From an uncultured Fidelibacterota bacterium (GTDB taxonomy: Bacteria > Fidelibacterota > Marinisomatia > Marinisomatales > UBA1611): a stretch of DNA of 64,000 nt. A program made the position numbers and the translations under genes. Below are positions 9,775-18,507 of the stretch, piece after piece. The notes under the pieces were generated by a model, which was given only the letters and a program-made list of their open reading frames with translations, was not told where the DNA came from and ran no database searches. The stretch's first letter is position 1, and each line of letters starts with the position of its first letter. The DNA is taken from the NCBI GenBank assembly GCA_902562835.1, contig CACEUX010000008.1:3726-67725 (forward strand), in the 5' to 3' direction.

Positions 9775-10980
9775 ATGAAAAAAGCTCGTTCAATAGCACT
9801 TTCATTTATTACAATCACATTTATTTCTACATTCCTTCCTGCACAGGCACTTGATCACAGGCACATGGCGTTCGAGAATCTACGCATGTCTGTTATGAAT
9901 GCTTCTCAAAGTGGCCAAAATGTTTATGTTGAAGACTTTACAGGTCTTAACTGACCATACTGTCCATCCGCGAGTTTCGCGATTGATACACTTCTAAAAG
10001 AATTTCCAGGTACACTTCACTCAATTGAATGGCACAGTCCAGGTTACACTCCAGATTCTTCTGACTTTTGTCTCCAAACAGAGTTTTACATGAGAGCTGG
10101 TCTATACGGAGTTAGTGCTTACCCTACCACTGTATGGAATGGTGTGCATAATCAGGTGGGTGGAGCCAGTGGTGGGAACTGGGAATCCATATATCCTGGA
10201 TATTTAGAGTTATATCATGAGCATTATGACCTGCCATCTCAATTTCGTCTTGGCATATCAGGTGAATATGAGCCTGGAGATAATGAGGTCAATTTTAGTG
10301 TAGAGATACTAATTGACAACGATATTGATACTACTGTAAACATTGAGAATACCTATGTTGAAGTATTCGCTGTTGAAGATAATATTTATTCCTTCTGGGG
10401 AAGTGTTGGGCAGTGGCATAACGCCAGGAATGTAGCAAGAAGGTACGTCACAAAAAGTGAAGCCAATAAGAATCCAGTTTCGGTAAGCGAAGCGGGACAG
10501 TCAGAGATCTTTGAGCACAATTTACTCTTGTCAGATGCCTGGGAGCATTCAAATGTGAAAATAGTTGCTATTGTGCAACAATTTCAAGGTGAAGGATCTG
10601 ACCATCCCATTACTCAAGCTCAAACAAGAAATATAAATGATCTAGATCCTGATCCGGATGGTGATGAATTGACCTATCTTTATGATAACTGTCACTATGT
10701 ATACAATCCTGGGCAAGAAGATGCTGATGGAGACGAATATGGAGACGCCTGTGACGCATGTAATGGACTTGTAAATATTCAAGGGAATGTAGACCTTGAT
10801 GCTCATGGAGAAAATTTTACTCCGATCATTGGTGTGGCTGATGTTTTAGCATTATCTGATCTTCTTGATGGTAGTGGTCTTCCTCCAAATGATTGCCAGT
10901 CTATAGATATGCTTGAAGATGGAACGATAAATAACTTCGACCTGATAGTATTGGTAGATGTGGTAATGGCAGGAGGCTAG
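9775..10980 (+). CDS. Selenocysteine-containing secreted thioredoxin-fold protein (family A, copy 3) with TSP3 and dockerin-like C-terminus
   Basis: ATG 9775 is preceded by AAGAGG (SD-like) and opens a signal peptide, MKKARSIALSFITITFISTFLPAQA. ORF 9751..9954 and ORF 10090..10980 share a frame and are joined by stop-free sequence after TGA 9952-9954, in VEDFTGLN-U-PYC-PSASFAI. SAYPTTVWNG is cis-Pro-like. DPDPDGDE..NPGQEDADGDEYGDACDACNG is TSP3. Confidence 0.83.
9952..9981 (+). promoter_or_regulatory. UGA(Sec) plus putative bacterial SECIS hairpin (copy A3)
   Basis: The hairpin CGCGA-GTT-TCGCG (9969-9981) starts 17 nt from the UGA. Confidence 0.6.
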
Positions 10981-11058
10981 TTATTAGTTTTTTTAAATAT
11001 CTTAAAAGTATAGTTGAATTGCTATTCCCTAAATCAATAGGTTAGGTATCTTTAAATC

Positions 11059-12003
11059 ATGAAAGTTATTTTGTTCTATTTCCTTCGTTTACTTTTAATT
11101 ACTTCTTTTGCAGTAATGCCTATTCAGGCTCAACTCCAAGTTGGAGATATTTCCCCTGATTTTAGTGGTCCAATGTGTATGAATGGAGAAGATGTTAACC
11201 CTGATATTGTAACAGGTGATTACTGGAGTTTATTCGAGGAAGGAGATGGAAAGGTTACATGGATAAACTTATTCACTTCATGGTGACCATCCTGTCAGGT
11301 GGAGGCTCCACAAACAGAAAGTATATGGCAGGACTTCTTAGCAGAAAATGAAAATTATCTTAATATAGTTGCCAATGGCTTTGACTGGACATCTTACACG
11401 TGTGCAGGGTGGGCCTCAGCATTTGGAATTACATATCCTATGATAGATGGTGGATCAAGTGGTGGGGAAGCTTGGAATCTTTTTGGAGATGGTTATATTC
11501 CTCACAATGTTGTTCTAGATCATAACCACGAGGTGCTTTACACATCCTCAGGATATAGTGAAGGTGCGATCATGGCTGCTATAGAACTTGGATTATCATA
11601 TGTTCCAAGAGATGAAGATGGAGATGGGATCATGGATAGTACTGATAATTGTATTGATGTTCCTAATGATGACCAATTAGACCATGATTTGGATGGTCTT
11701 GGCGATGCTTGTGACCTTTGCAACAACTTAGAAATATATGTTACTGGTAATATAGATGGGTCTGTTGGTATGACCGATCATAATCCAACCATAGATCTGT
11801 TTGATATACTTCGTTTGTCCGATATTGTCCTCTTGGGTGTAGATGAGGGCTGTGGCTATGAGATCAGTGATATTAGAGAAGATGGAGTTATAAACATTCT
11901 TGATATTATTACATTGGTACAGTACGTCCTCTATGGTGAATTGCCTGATGAGAATACAATCGCTATACCACCTAACGCATATCTCTTATCTGAAAATAAT
12001 TGA
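11059..12003 (+). CDS. Selenocysteine-containing TlpA-like thioredoxin-fold secreted protein (family B, copy 1) with TSP3 and dockerin-like C-terminus
   Basis: ORF 11059..11286 (signal peptide, ..WINLFTSW) and ORF 11299..12003 are in the same frame. They are separated only by TGA 11284-11286, which gives W-U-PSC-QVEAP. This aligns with WCxPC..E.P of TlpA-type redoxins. YIPHNVVLD is cis-Pro-like. DEDGDGIMDSTDNC..DHDLDGLGDACDLCNN is TSP3, and a dockerin-like tail follows. Confidence 0.82.
11284..11311 (+). promoter_or_regulatory. UGA(Sec) plus putative SECIS hairpin (copy B1)
   Basis: The hairpin GTGGA-GGC-TCCAC (11299-11311) starts 15 nt from the UGA. Confidence 0.55.
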
Positions 12004-12138
12004 CCCACATTTTTGGTAGACTCAATCAGCTAATGATAGAGAAGTCATTATTTATCAAGTAAATTGTAAAATAAACAGCTACCTTTACTTAAATTAGGCG
12101 ACGAACATTAGTTGCCTTTTGTTTAATGATAAAAGCTC

Positions 12139-15100
12139 ATGCTGAATAATAAGAAACATCTGTACAAAAGCATCATCACCCTAATGGCCTTTTCTTGTTT
12201 TATTTTTGGTCAAACCGATTTCTCATTCAAAAATATATCAGTCAAGGATGGGCTTGCTGAGAGTACTGTTAAAGTAATTTATGAAGACCAGAATGGTTTC
12301 ATATACTTTGGCACAGAAAACGGCCTCGATGTTTTTGATGGCTATGAGTTTACAAATTATCAAATGAACTCATTCAATGAATTATCAATTCTTGGCAATA
12401 AGATCTCAACCATTTATGAAGATGCCAGTCATATGATCTGGGTTGGCACTGAATTAGGCGTCAGTAAGTTTGATCCATCGAAAAGAGAATTTTCAAGGCC
12501 TATTAAACTTGATGGGGCAGACCTAATTAATTCTGAAACTATTATTGACGACGGTCAAGGTAACATTTATATCAAATTGAGAGATGATGGTTTAGTTTAT
12601 CAGTACAATGGTGTTGATAGTGTATTGACATGTTTTAATTGTTCAGATGAATCAGTCATAAATGATGAGATGGTTACCGTTTTAAGTAAAGATTCTAAGG
12701 GTACTATCTTAATTGGAACCAATACTGGCCTACGCTACTATGATATCAAGTCAAATCGAATTATCAAAGTAGGTGTTGAAGCTGGATTAGATGATATATC
12801 TGTGAATGCCATAGAGCGCGGAGCCAAAAATGATATTTGGGTTGGAACCTCAAATGGTCTATTCAAATTAAATGGTGGTCTAGGTGGTAGTATAGATGTT
12901 TATAGAAAAAATGAACAAAGTACATCAATAGTTTCAAATTATGTTAAAGATCTGGATTGGGATGTAGAGAGAAATGAACTATGGATAGCAACCCAAAATG
13001 GTATTTCTCGTTACATACCTTCAGAGTCAAGTTTTTTTAATATCCAGATGACACCATATGCAGACAGTATAATAGAAAATGATATATCTGAAATACTTAT
13101 TGCAGTTAAATCAGGTCGTTTATGGTATACTACTGAAAATCATTCTGGGCTGAATTGTTTATCGGTGGGAGAGGATTTCGATTCTGAAGGTCCACCTCCG
13201 GCAAACCATTTTGAGCATGACCCCATTGATAAAGGATCCATAGCGGATAATGAGATCAATGATTTTATTGAAGACAAAGCTGGTCATGTTTGGATAGGTA
13301 CGGGACAAAATGGTATCAGTTTCTTTTCCTATGTTAAACCAAAGTTTGTGAACCATAGATATGATCAGGAGAATGAATGGGGTTTAAAGAGTGACAAGAT
13401 ATATTCTATCACTACGCAGAGTGACGGCATGATGTGGGTAGCTACTGGTTTTGGTCTTGAAAAAATTTCATATGATGGTATCAGGGACCAAGAGTATGAA
13501 AAGTCTCTCCTAAATGTCAACTATATAATTGACCTTGAGATCATAAATGATGTGATGTTGTGGGTAGCGACAGATCAAGGCATACTAAAGATCGATACTT
13601 GGAACGATTATGATGCTGAAAATATTATTAGGTTTTCGGAATCAGATAGCCTTCCGCCATCAAGACGAATATCAAATAATCTAGTTCATGATATTTTGCC
13701 CATTGAAGATAAGATCTGGGTTGCCACAGGATCTGGTATGGTGATAATTGATACAACAACTAATAGTGTCACAGATTTTAATTCAGATCTGATCGCAAGA
13801 GTTATTTCAAAGGACTCTAGTGGTAATATTTGGCTTGGAACGGAAATGGATGGACTTTTTAAGATTCCATACGAACTATTGGGCGATATTGAAAAGGGAG
13901 AAGATTTTGAGTTAGAGGGGCATATCTTTGATAAGGCTTTTACTAGTGGTATTTCTTCTTCCCAGATAACTTGTATTACGGAAGATAAAAATGGAGTGAT
14001 CTGGGTTGGTACTAACGGAGGCCTTAATAAGTATATCAGTGAAAAAGATAATTTTGAGCATTATTTTGTTCAAGATGGTCTGCCGAGTAACTATATAACA
14101 GGTGTGCTTGTTGATAAAACTAATGGGTTGTGGATCAGTTCAAAAAAAGGAATTTCATTTTATGACCAGGTTAATTCAACATTCACCAATTACAGTCTTA
14201 CAGATGGTATAGGTAATATTGATTTTCATAGGCATAGCTATGATCAAAGTGCAGATGGAAGTATATTTTTTGGTGGGCCAATGGGCATAACATTGGTCAA
14301 TCCGGCAGAATTACAATTCAATGATTATCAACCACCCTGTTTGATTACTAGACTTAAGAAAACCTATTTTGATGATTCAGTAAAAGAAATATACTCATTC
14401 GATGATTCCGATGGCTCCAATGGGGGAGAGAGTATTTCAACCATAGTGATCGATCATAGAGTAAAATCATTTAGTATTGATTTTGTGGCTCTCAACTATC
14501 ATCAAACTGTAAAAAACCAATACAGGTATAAGTTAGAGCCATTTGATAGGGACTGGGTATCATCTCAAGGGTTACGTTTTGCATCGTATAATAATCTTGG
14601 AAGAAGTACTTATAATTTTATGGTTCAAGGCTCTAACGATGATGGGGTATGGTCCGCACCTGCAAAGTTAGATATCAAATTTACGCCACATCCTCTTTTA
14701 AGTATTTGGGCTTTCTCTTTCTATTCAGTCCTTTTGATCATTGGTATATTTATTTTCATGCGTCACCGTATGCATAAACAAAAATATCAACTAGAGGAAG
14801 AACGACGCATTCAAGAGCTCGAGCAAGCGAGAGATTTTCAAATGTCCTTGATACCGCAAAGCCCACCAGATCACCCTGACTATGATATTGCACTGCATAT
14901 GAAAACATCAACGGAAGTCGGTGGGGATTATTATGACTTTTTTCCACAAGAAGATGGCTCTATGTATGTTGTGTGTGGTGACGCAACTGGCCATGGTTTA
15001 AATGCTGGAATGATGGTCTCTATCACAAAAGCAGGACTCTATGGGTCGGACTTTGACACACCTTCAAGTACAACCACACGTCTGAATAGAACTATTAAGG

Positions 15101-15519
15101 CAATCGATCTTGGTACAACTCGGATGTCTTTAAATATGGCAAAATTTAATAACGGGTCTTTTGATTTCACATCAGCAGGAATGCCCCCGGCATATCTATA
15201 TAAACACTCTACAAAAGATGTAAATGAAATACTTGTTCCGGGGCTTCCATTGGGTTCAATGAAAAAAGCAGATTTTGATTTACATTCTTTTGATCTTGAT
15301 ACAAACGATGCTCTTGTTTTGATCTCTGATGGACTTCCAGAGTGTGTAAACCATGAGGGTGAGATGCTAGACTATGAGCCGGTTAAGGATTGTATTACAG
15401 CAAATGGAAATAAAACAGCACAGGGTATTATTGATTCTCTGATCGATCTTGGCGATGACTGGATGTCGGGTTTAATGAATGATGATGATATTACTCTTGT
15501 GGTAATAAAGAAAAAGTAA
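12139..15519 (+). CDS. Sensor protein: periplasmic two-component-regulator beta-propeller repeats, one TM segment, cytoplasmic PP2C/SpoIIE-type phosphatase
   Basis: 1126 aa. Many repeats of the ..G.IW.GT..GL..(F/Y).. type are typical of regulator propeller domains. A hydrophobic segment (WAFSFYSVLLIIGIFIF) follows. The C-terminus has GGDYYDFF...GDATGHGLNAGMM...DDITLVVI, matching SpoIIE/PP2C motifs. Confidence 0.8.
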   Translation: MLNNKKHLYKSIITLMAFSCFIFGQTDFSFKNISVKDGLAESTVKVIYEDQNGFIYFGTENGLDVFDGYEFTNYQMNSFNELSILGNKISTIYEDASHMIWVGTELGVSKFDPSKREFSRPIKLDGADLINSETIIDDGQGNIYIKLRDDGLVYQYNGVDSVLTCFNCSDESVINDEMVTVLSKDSKGTILIGTNTGLRYYDIKSNRIIKVGVEAGLDDISVNAIERGAKNDIWVGTSNGLFKLNGGLGGSIDVYRKNEQSTSIVSNYVKDLDWDVERNELWIATQNGISRYIPSESSFFNIQMTPYADSIIENDISEILIAVKSGRLWYTTENHSGLNCLSVGEDFDSEGPPPANHFEHDPIDKGSIADNEINDFIEDKAGHVWIGTGQNGISFFSYVKPKFVNHRYDQENEWGLKSDKIYSITTQSDGMMWVATGFGLEKISYDGIRDQEYEKSLLNVNYIIDLEIINDVMLWVATDQGILKIDTWNDYDAENIIRFSESDSLPPSRRISNNLVHDILPIEDKIWVATGSGMVIIDTTTNSVTDFNSDLIARVISKDSSGNIWLGTEMDGLFKIPYELLGDIEKGEDFELEGHIFDKAFTSGISSSQITCITEDKNGVIWVGTNGGLNKYISEKDNFEHYFVQDGLPSNYITGVLVDKTNGLWISSKKGISFYDQVNSTFTNYSLTDGIGNIDFHRHSYDQSADGSIFFGGPMGITLVNPAELQFNDYQPPCLITRLKKTYFDDSVKEIYSFDDSDGSNGGESISTIVIDHRVKSFSIDFVALNYHQTVKNQYRYKLEPFDRDWVSSQGLRFASYNNLGRSTYNFMVQGSNDDGVWSAPAKLDIKFTPHPLLSIWAFSFYSVLLIIGIFIFMRHRMHKQKYQLEEERRIQELEQARDFQMSLIPQSPPDHPDYDIALHMKTSTEVGGDYYDFFPQEDGSMYVVCGDATGHGLNAGMMVSITKAGLYGSDFDTPSSTTTRLNRTIKAIDLGTTRMSLNMAKFNNGSFDFTSAGMPPAYLYKHSTKDVNEILVPGLPLGSMKKADFDLHSFDLDTNDALVLISDGLPECVNHEGEMLDYEPVKDCITANGNKTAQGIIDSLIDLGDDWMSGLMNDDDITLVVIKKK

Positions 15520-15570
15520 TTTATTCTAAGACATAGGTAAGATTGATTGTGAAAAGGCTAATAATAATTA

Positions 15571-16107
15571 TTGCGTTGGTGTCCTCGTTTTTTATCAGCT
15601 CAAGATAAGGTACCGAACATAAGACTTAAAATGATAAACGGTAAATACGCAAAATTATACGATTTTCTCAAAGAAGGACCTATGATAATTGATTTCTGGG
15701 CAACCTGGTGCGAGCCATGCAAAAAGCAAATGCGCTATTTAGACCTTTTCTATAATCATTTTAAACCATCTGGGTTTAATGTCCTCACGGTTAATACTGA
15801 TTCACCAAAAAGTATGAGCAAGGTAAAGCCTTATATTCGTACAAAAGGTTTTGAATTCAATGTTGCCGTAGATCCAAATAGCCAGGTGAAAAAGAGACTC
15901 AAAGTACAGGAAATGCCTACAACGATAATTATTGATCAGGATGGTTCAATATTGTATCGTCACAAGGGCTATGTTCCAGGCGATGAAGTTGGTATTCTAA
16001 AGGCTGTAACTGATATCCTTGATAAAAAAGGTATAGAATATCTACCTCTAGACCTCGATAAAGTCCAAGCAGTAAAGAAACAAGAGAAACTTAATATTGA
16101 TTTTTAG
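15571..16107 (+). CDS. TlpA-like thiol-disulfide oxidoreductase (Cys form), apparently frameshifted from its signal peptide
   Basis: FWATWCEPCKKQM active site and MPTTIIID cis-Pro. It is a close paralog of 19382..19960. As listed it has no signal peptide. A signal peptide (GTG 15549, MKRLIIIIALVSSF) lies in the neighbouring frame, across a T6 run at 15588-15593. Confidence 0.75.
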   Translation: MRWCPRFLSAQDKVPNIRLKMINGKYAKLYDFLKEGPMIIDFWATWCEPCKKQMRYLDLFYNHFKPSGFNVLTVNTDSPKSMSKVKPYIRTKGFEFNVAVDPNSQVKKRLKVQEMPTTIIIDQDGSILYRHKGYVPGDEVGILKAVTDILDKKGIEYLPLDLDKVQAVKKQEKLNIDF

Positions 16108-18385
16108 AATATACAATTTGACCAAGCTCCTTAATAGTACGCTTTTCTGTTCTGGAATCTTATTTACAACATTAGTCAATGCACAAATAAGTACAGGAGG
16201 AGATGCTTCACTTAAATTTGGTGAGAGTAAGAATAATTTTAATTATTCTGAGGTCTTATTAAATATGAATGTCAGCAATGATTACCTAACAACATGGTTT
16301 CAGTTTGAATATAGTAACCCTCCTGAAATTGGCTTAACTAAAAATGGCTTAAGAAAGTTTAGGGTAGATTATGTTGGAGATAATATTGAACTTTCTGTCG
16401 GAGACATTTACAAAATATGGGGAAGGGGACTTATCCTAAATCAATTTGATGACCAAGATGTAGACTTAGATAATGGATATAGGGGCTTAAGTTTTGGACT
16501 GATAGAAAATGATTATTCATTAAATCTTATTGCAGGTAATTCAAATATATCTAACATTACTTCTGATTATATGTATGACCTCGATCTTGAAGTTCGAAAG
16601 CCAAATTATTTTCCAAAGCATTCCTTATTTGGTGGCGATTTTGAGTTGTTCCGTGGTCCGGTATCTTTTGCAACATCTTTTTTGCAAAGTCGTGAGAGCC
16701 ATCCTATCAATGCTGGTATGCAACCAGATAGCATCGATGTTATTCACCGAATACATGGGCTAAGAAGTGGGTATGAAGGAAACTCATTAAGTGGGTATGT
16801 AGAATTGGCAAATAAATTAACTCTTCTACCCACATCTATGGGAAGTGATGATCATGAAGATTTTAGACCTTATAATGGAACCTCTTTATTTGCAAATCTG
16901 AATTACTATTTTAACATGTCACCCTTTGATGGTTGGTCACTCATGATGGAGTATAAGAATTACAATACTACAAAGATCAATCCAGACCAAAGGAATAATT
17001 ATGTAAATAATTATGACATGAATTTGATCTTCACTCAACCACCTACAGTGATTCGTGAGCATAGTAGTGTATTGCTAGCAAGGCTGATTCCGCAGGTCAA
17101 TTTCAATGACGAGGTGGGCTACCAACTCTCACTCGTAGGCCCAGTTAGTAATCTAGGGTATTTTACTCTTAATTATCAGGCTGCCAGCAGGACCAGCTTA
17201 TGGGCAAAAGAATTTCCAGATACTGTAAACGCGGCATTTAGTTCAAAATGGAGTGGCGATAGTTCTATAACTTATTTACCATATGATGATGATGTCACGT
17301 TTCCTTATAATGAGTTGTATGTTGAAATGGAAGGGTATATCAATAAGATACGATATCAACTTGGTTTAGGCTTTACAAATAAAATATCTGAATACCATTC
17401 TCTCTATAGTAGTGCTCAAAATAATAGCTGGGACATAGGTGAGTTATTTACAGATCTTAATAATAGTGGTACATGGGATCCGGGTGAACCTTATGATGAT
17501 CTATATAGTATTGTAAATGAGAGATTAGAGAATAAATATACCAATGCTGTCACAGTACCAACGTTGTTTAATTATAATCTGGGAAATGGATTGAGCATCG
17601 ATCTCAAATATGAGTACCAAAGGTTGAAAAGTGGTGTTAATTATAATTTCACATTGTCATCGGATGAGTACTTCGAAGATCTTGATGGAGATGGCTTATG
17701 GGATATGGCAGAGTTGTTTACTGATGATAATGAAAATGGTGTGTGGGATGATGCTGAAGAAACTTGGTATGATAATTGGTTGAATGGTTGGATTTCTGAT
17801 GACCTTTTACCAAATTATGACACGAATGGCAATGGTGAATATGATATTGGAGAATATTTTTCTGATGCAGATGGTGATGGTATTTGGGACCCCGCTGAAG
17901 CTTTCACTGACCTTGATGGTGATGGAATATGGGATGATGGAGAGGTCTTGGACGATATGAATAATGATGGTGTATGGACACCAAAAGGAACTTACGTAGA
18001 TAGTACAAGATCTAACTTTTATGCCTATGATGGCGATAGCGATGAAAAGCTAGCTCAAGAATTTCAAAATAATCATATGTTAACAATTGGTCTTGGAAAG
18101 TCACCTTATTGGTCTTTATCATTGACCATAGAATCAAGTTCAGCGTACGAATATGGACCTCAACCTTTAAGCATCTCTAATCCACTTGAAGATCTACTTG
18201 GCAACATTATGGATATGGAAAACAAATGGGTGGCAATCGACCTTATGATAAATATCAACTCAAATACACGTCTTGATCTTATGTATGGGACTTTAAGAGG
18301 TGGTGTCATTTGTAGTAATGGTATTTGTAGATATGTTGAACCATTTGATGACGGATTCAAGCTAAGTTTGACCTCAGTATTCTGA
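16097..18385 (+). CDS. Putative large outer-membrane beta-barrel protein (paralog 2) with Asp-rich repeat insertion
   Basis: 762 aa. It shares N-terminal (WFQFEYSNPPEIG...LILNQFDDQ) and C-terminal (GG.ICSNGICRYVEPFDDGFKLSLTSVF) blocks with 6349..8325 and ends in Phe. It overlaps the upstream TlpA-like gene by 11 nt. Confidence 0.65.
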   Translation: MIFRIYNLTKLLNSTLFCSGILFTTLVNAQISTGGDASLKFGESKNNFNYSEVLLNMNVSNDYLTTWFQFEYSNPPEIGLTKNGLRKFRVDYVGDNIELSVGDIYKIWGRGLILNQFDDQDVDLDNGYRGLSFGLIENDYSLNLIAGNSNISNITSDYMYDLDLEVRKPNYFPKHSLFGGDFELFRGPVSFATSFLQSRESHPINAGMQPDSIDVIHRIHGLRSGYEGNSLSGYVELANKLTLLPTSMGSDDHEDFRPYNGTSLFANLNYYFNMSPFDGWSLMMEYKNYNTTKINPDQRNNYVNNYDMNLIFTQPPTVIREHSSVLLARLIPQVNFNDEVGYQLSLVGPVSNLGYFTLNYQAASRTSLWAKEFPDTVNAAFSSKWSGDSSITYLPYDDDVTFPYNELYVEMEGYINKIRYQLGLGFTNKISEYHSLYSSAQNNSWDIGELFTDLNNSGTWDPGEPYDDLYSIVNERLENKYTNAVTVPTLFNYNLGNGLSIDLKYEYQRLKSGVNYNFTLSSDEYFEDLDGDGLWDMAELFTDDNENGVWDDAEETWYDNWLNGWISDDLLPNYDTNGNGEYDIGEYFSDADGDGIWDPAEAFTDLDGDGIWDDGEVLDDMNNDGVWTPKGTYVDSTRSNFYAYDGDSDEKLAQEFQNNHMLTIGLGKSPYWSLSLTIESSSAYEYGPQPLSISNPLEDLLGNIMDMENKWVAIDLMININSNTRLDLMYGTLRGGVICSNGICRYVEPFDDGFKLSLTSVF

Positions 18386-18507
18386 TTTAATCAAAATAAT
18401 AAGAATTATTTCTAAAAAGAATTTTGCATTAATATTCGTATGAAAAATTTTATTAATGTAGCTAAATTTCATTCGCAAATCATAACCCAAAATAAACTCT
18501 CAGAAAT

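Noticed and set aside
9751-10980. Treating the split ORF pairs as separate small genes or as pseudogenes (9751-9954 with 10090-10980, 11059-11286 with 11299-12003, 18508-18717 with 18787-19374, 21618-21833 with 21843-22409).
   Set aside because: The pieces always share a frame and the joining sequence has no stops. The upstream pieces are only a signal peptide plus half a thioredoxin motif. The downstream pieces would start at weak GTG/TTG codons or internal Met residues and lack signal peptides. Six paralogs broken at the same catalytic codon is not a decay pattern.
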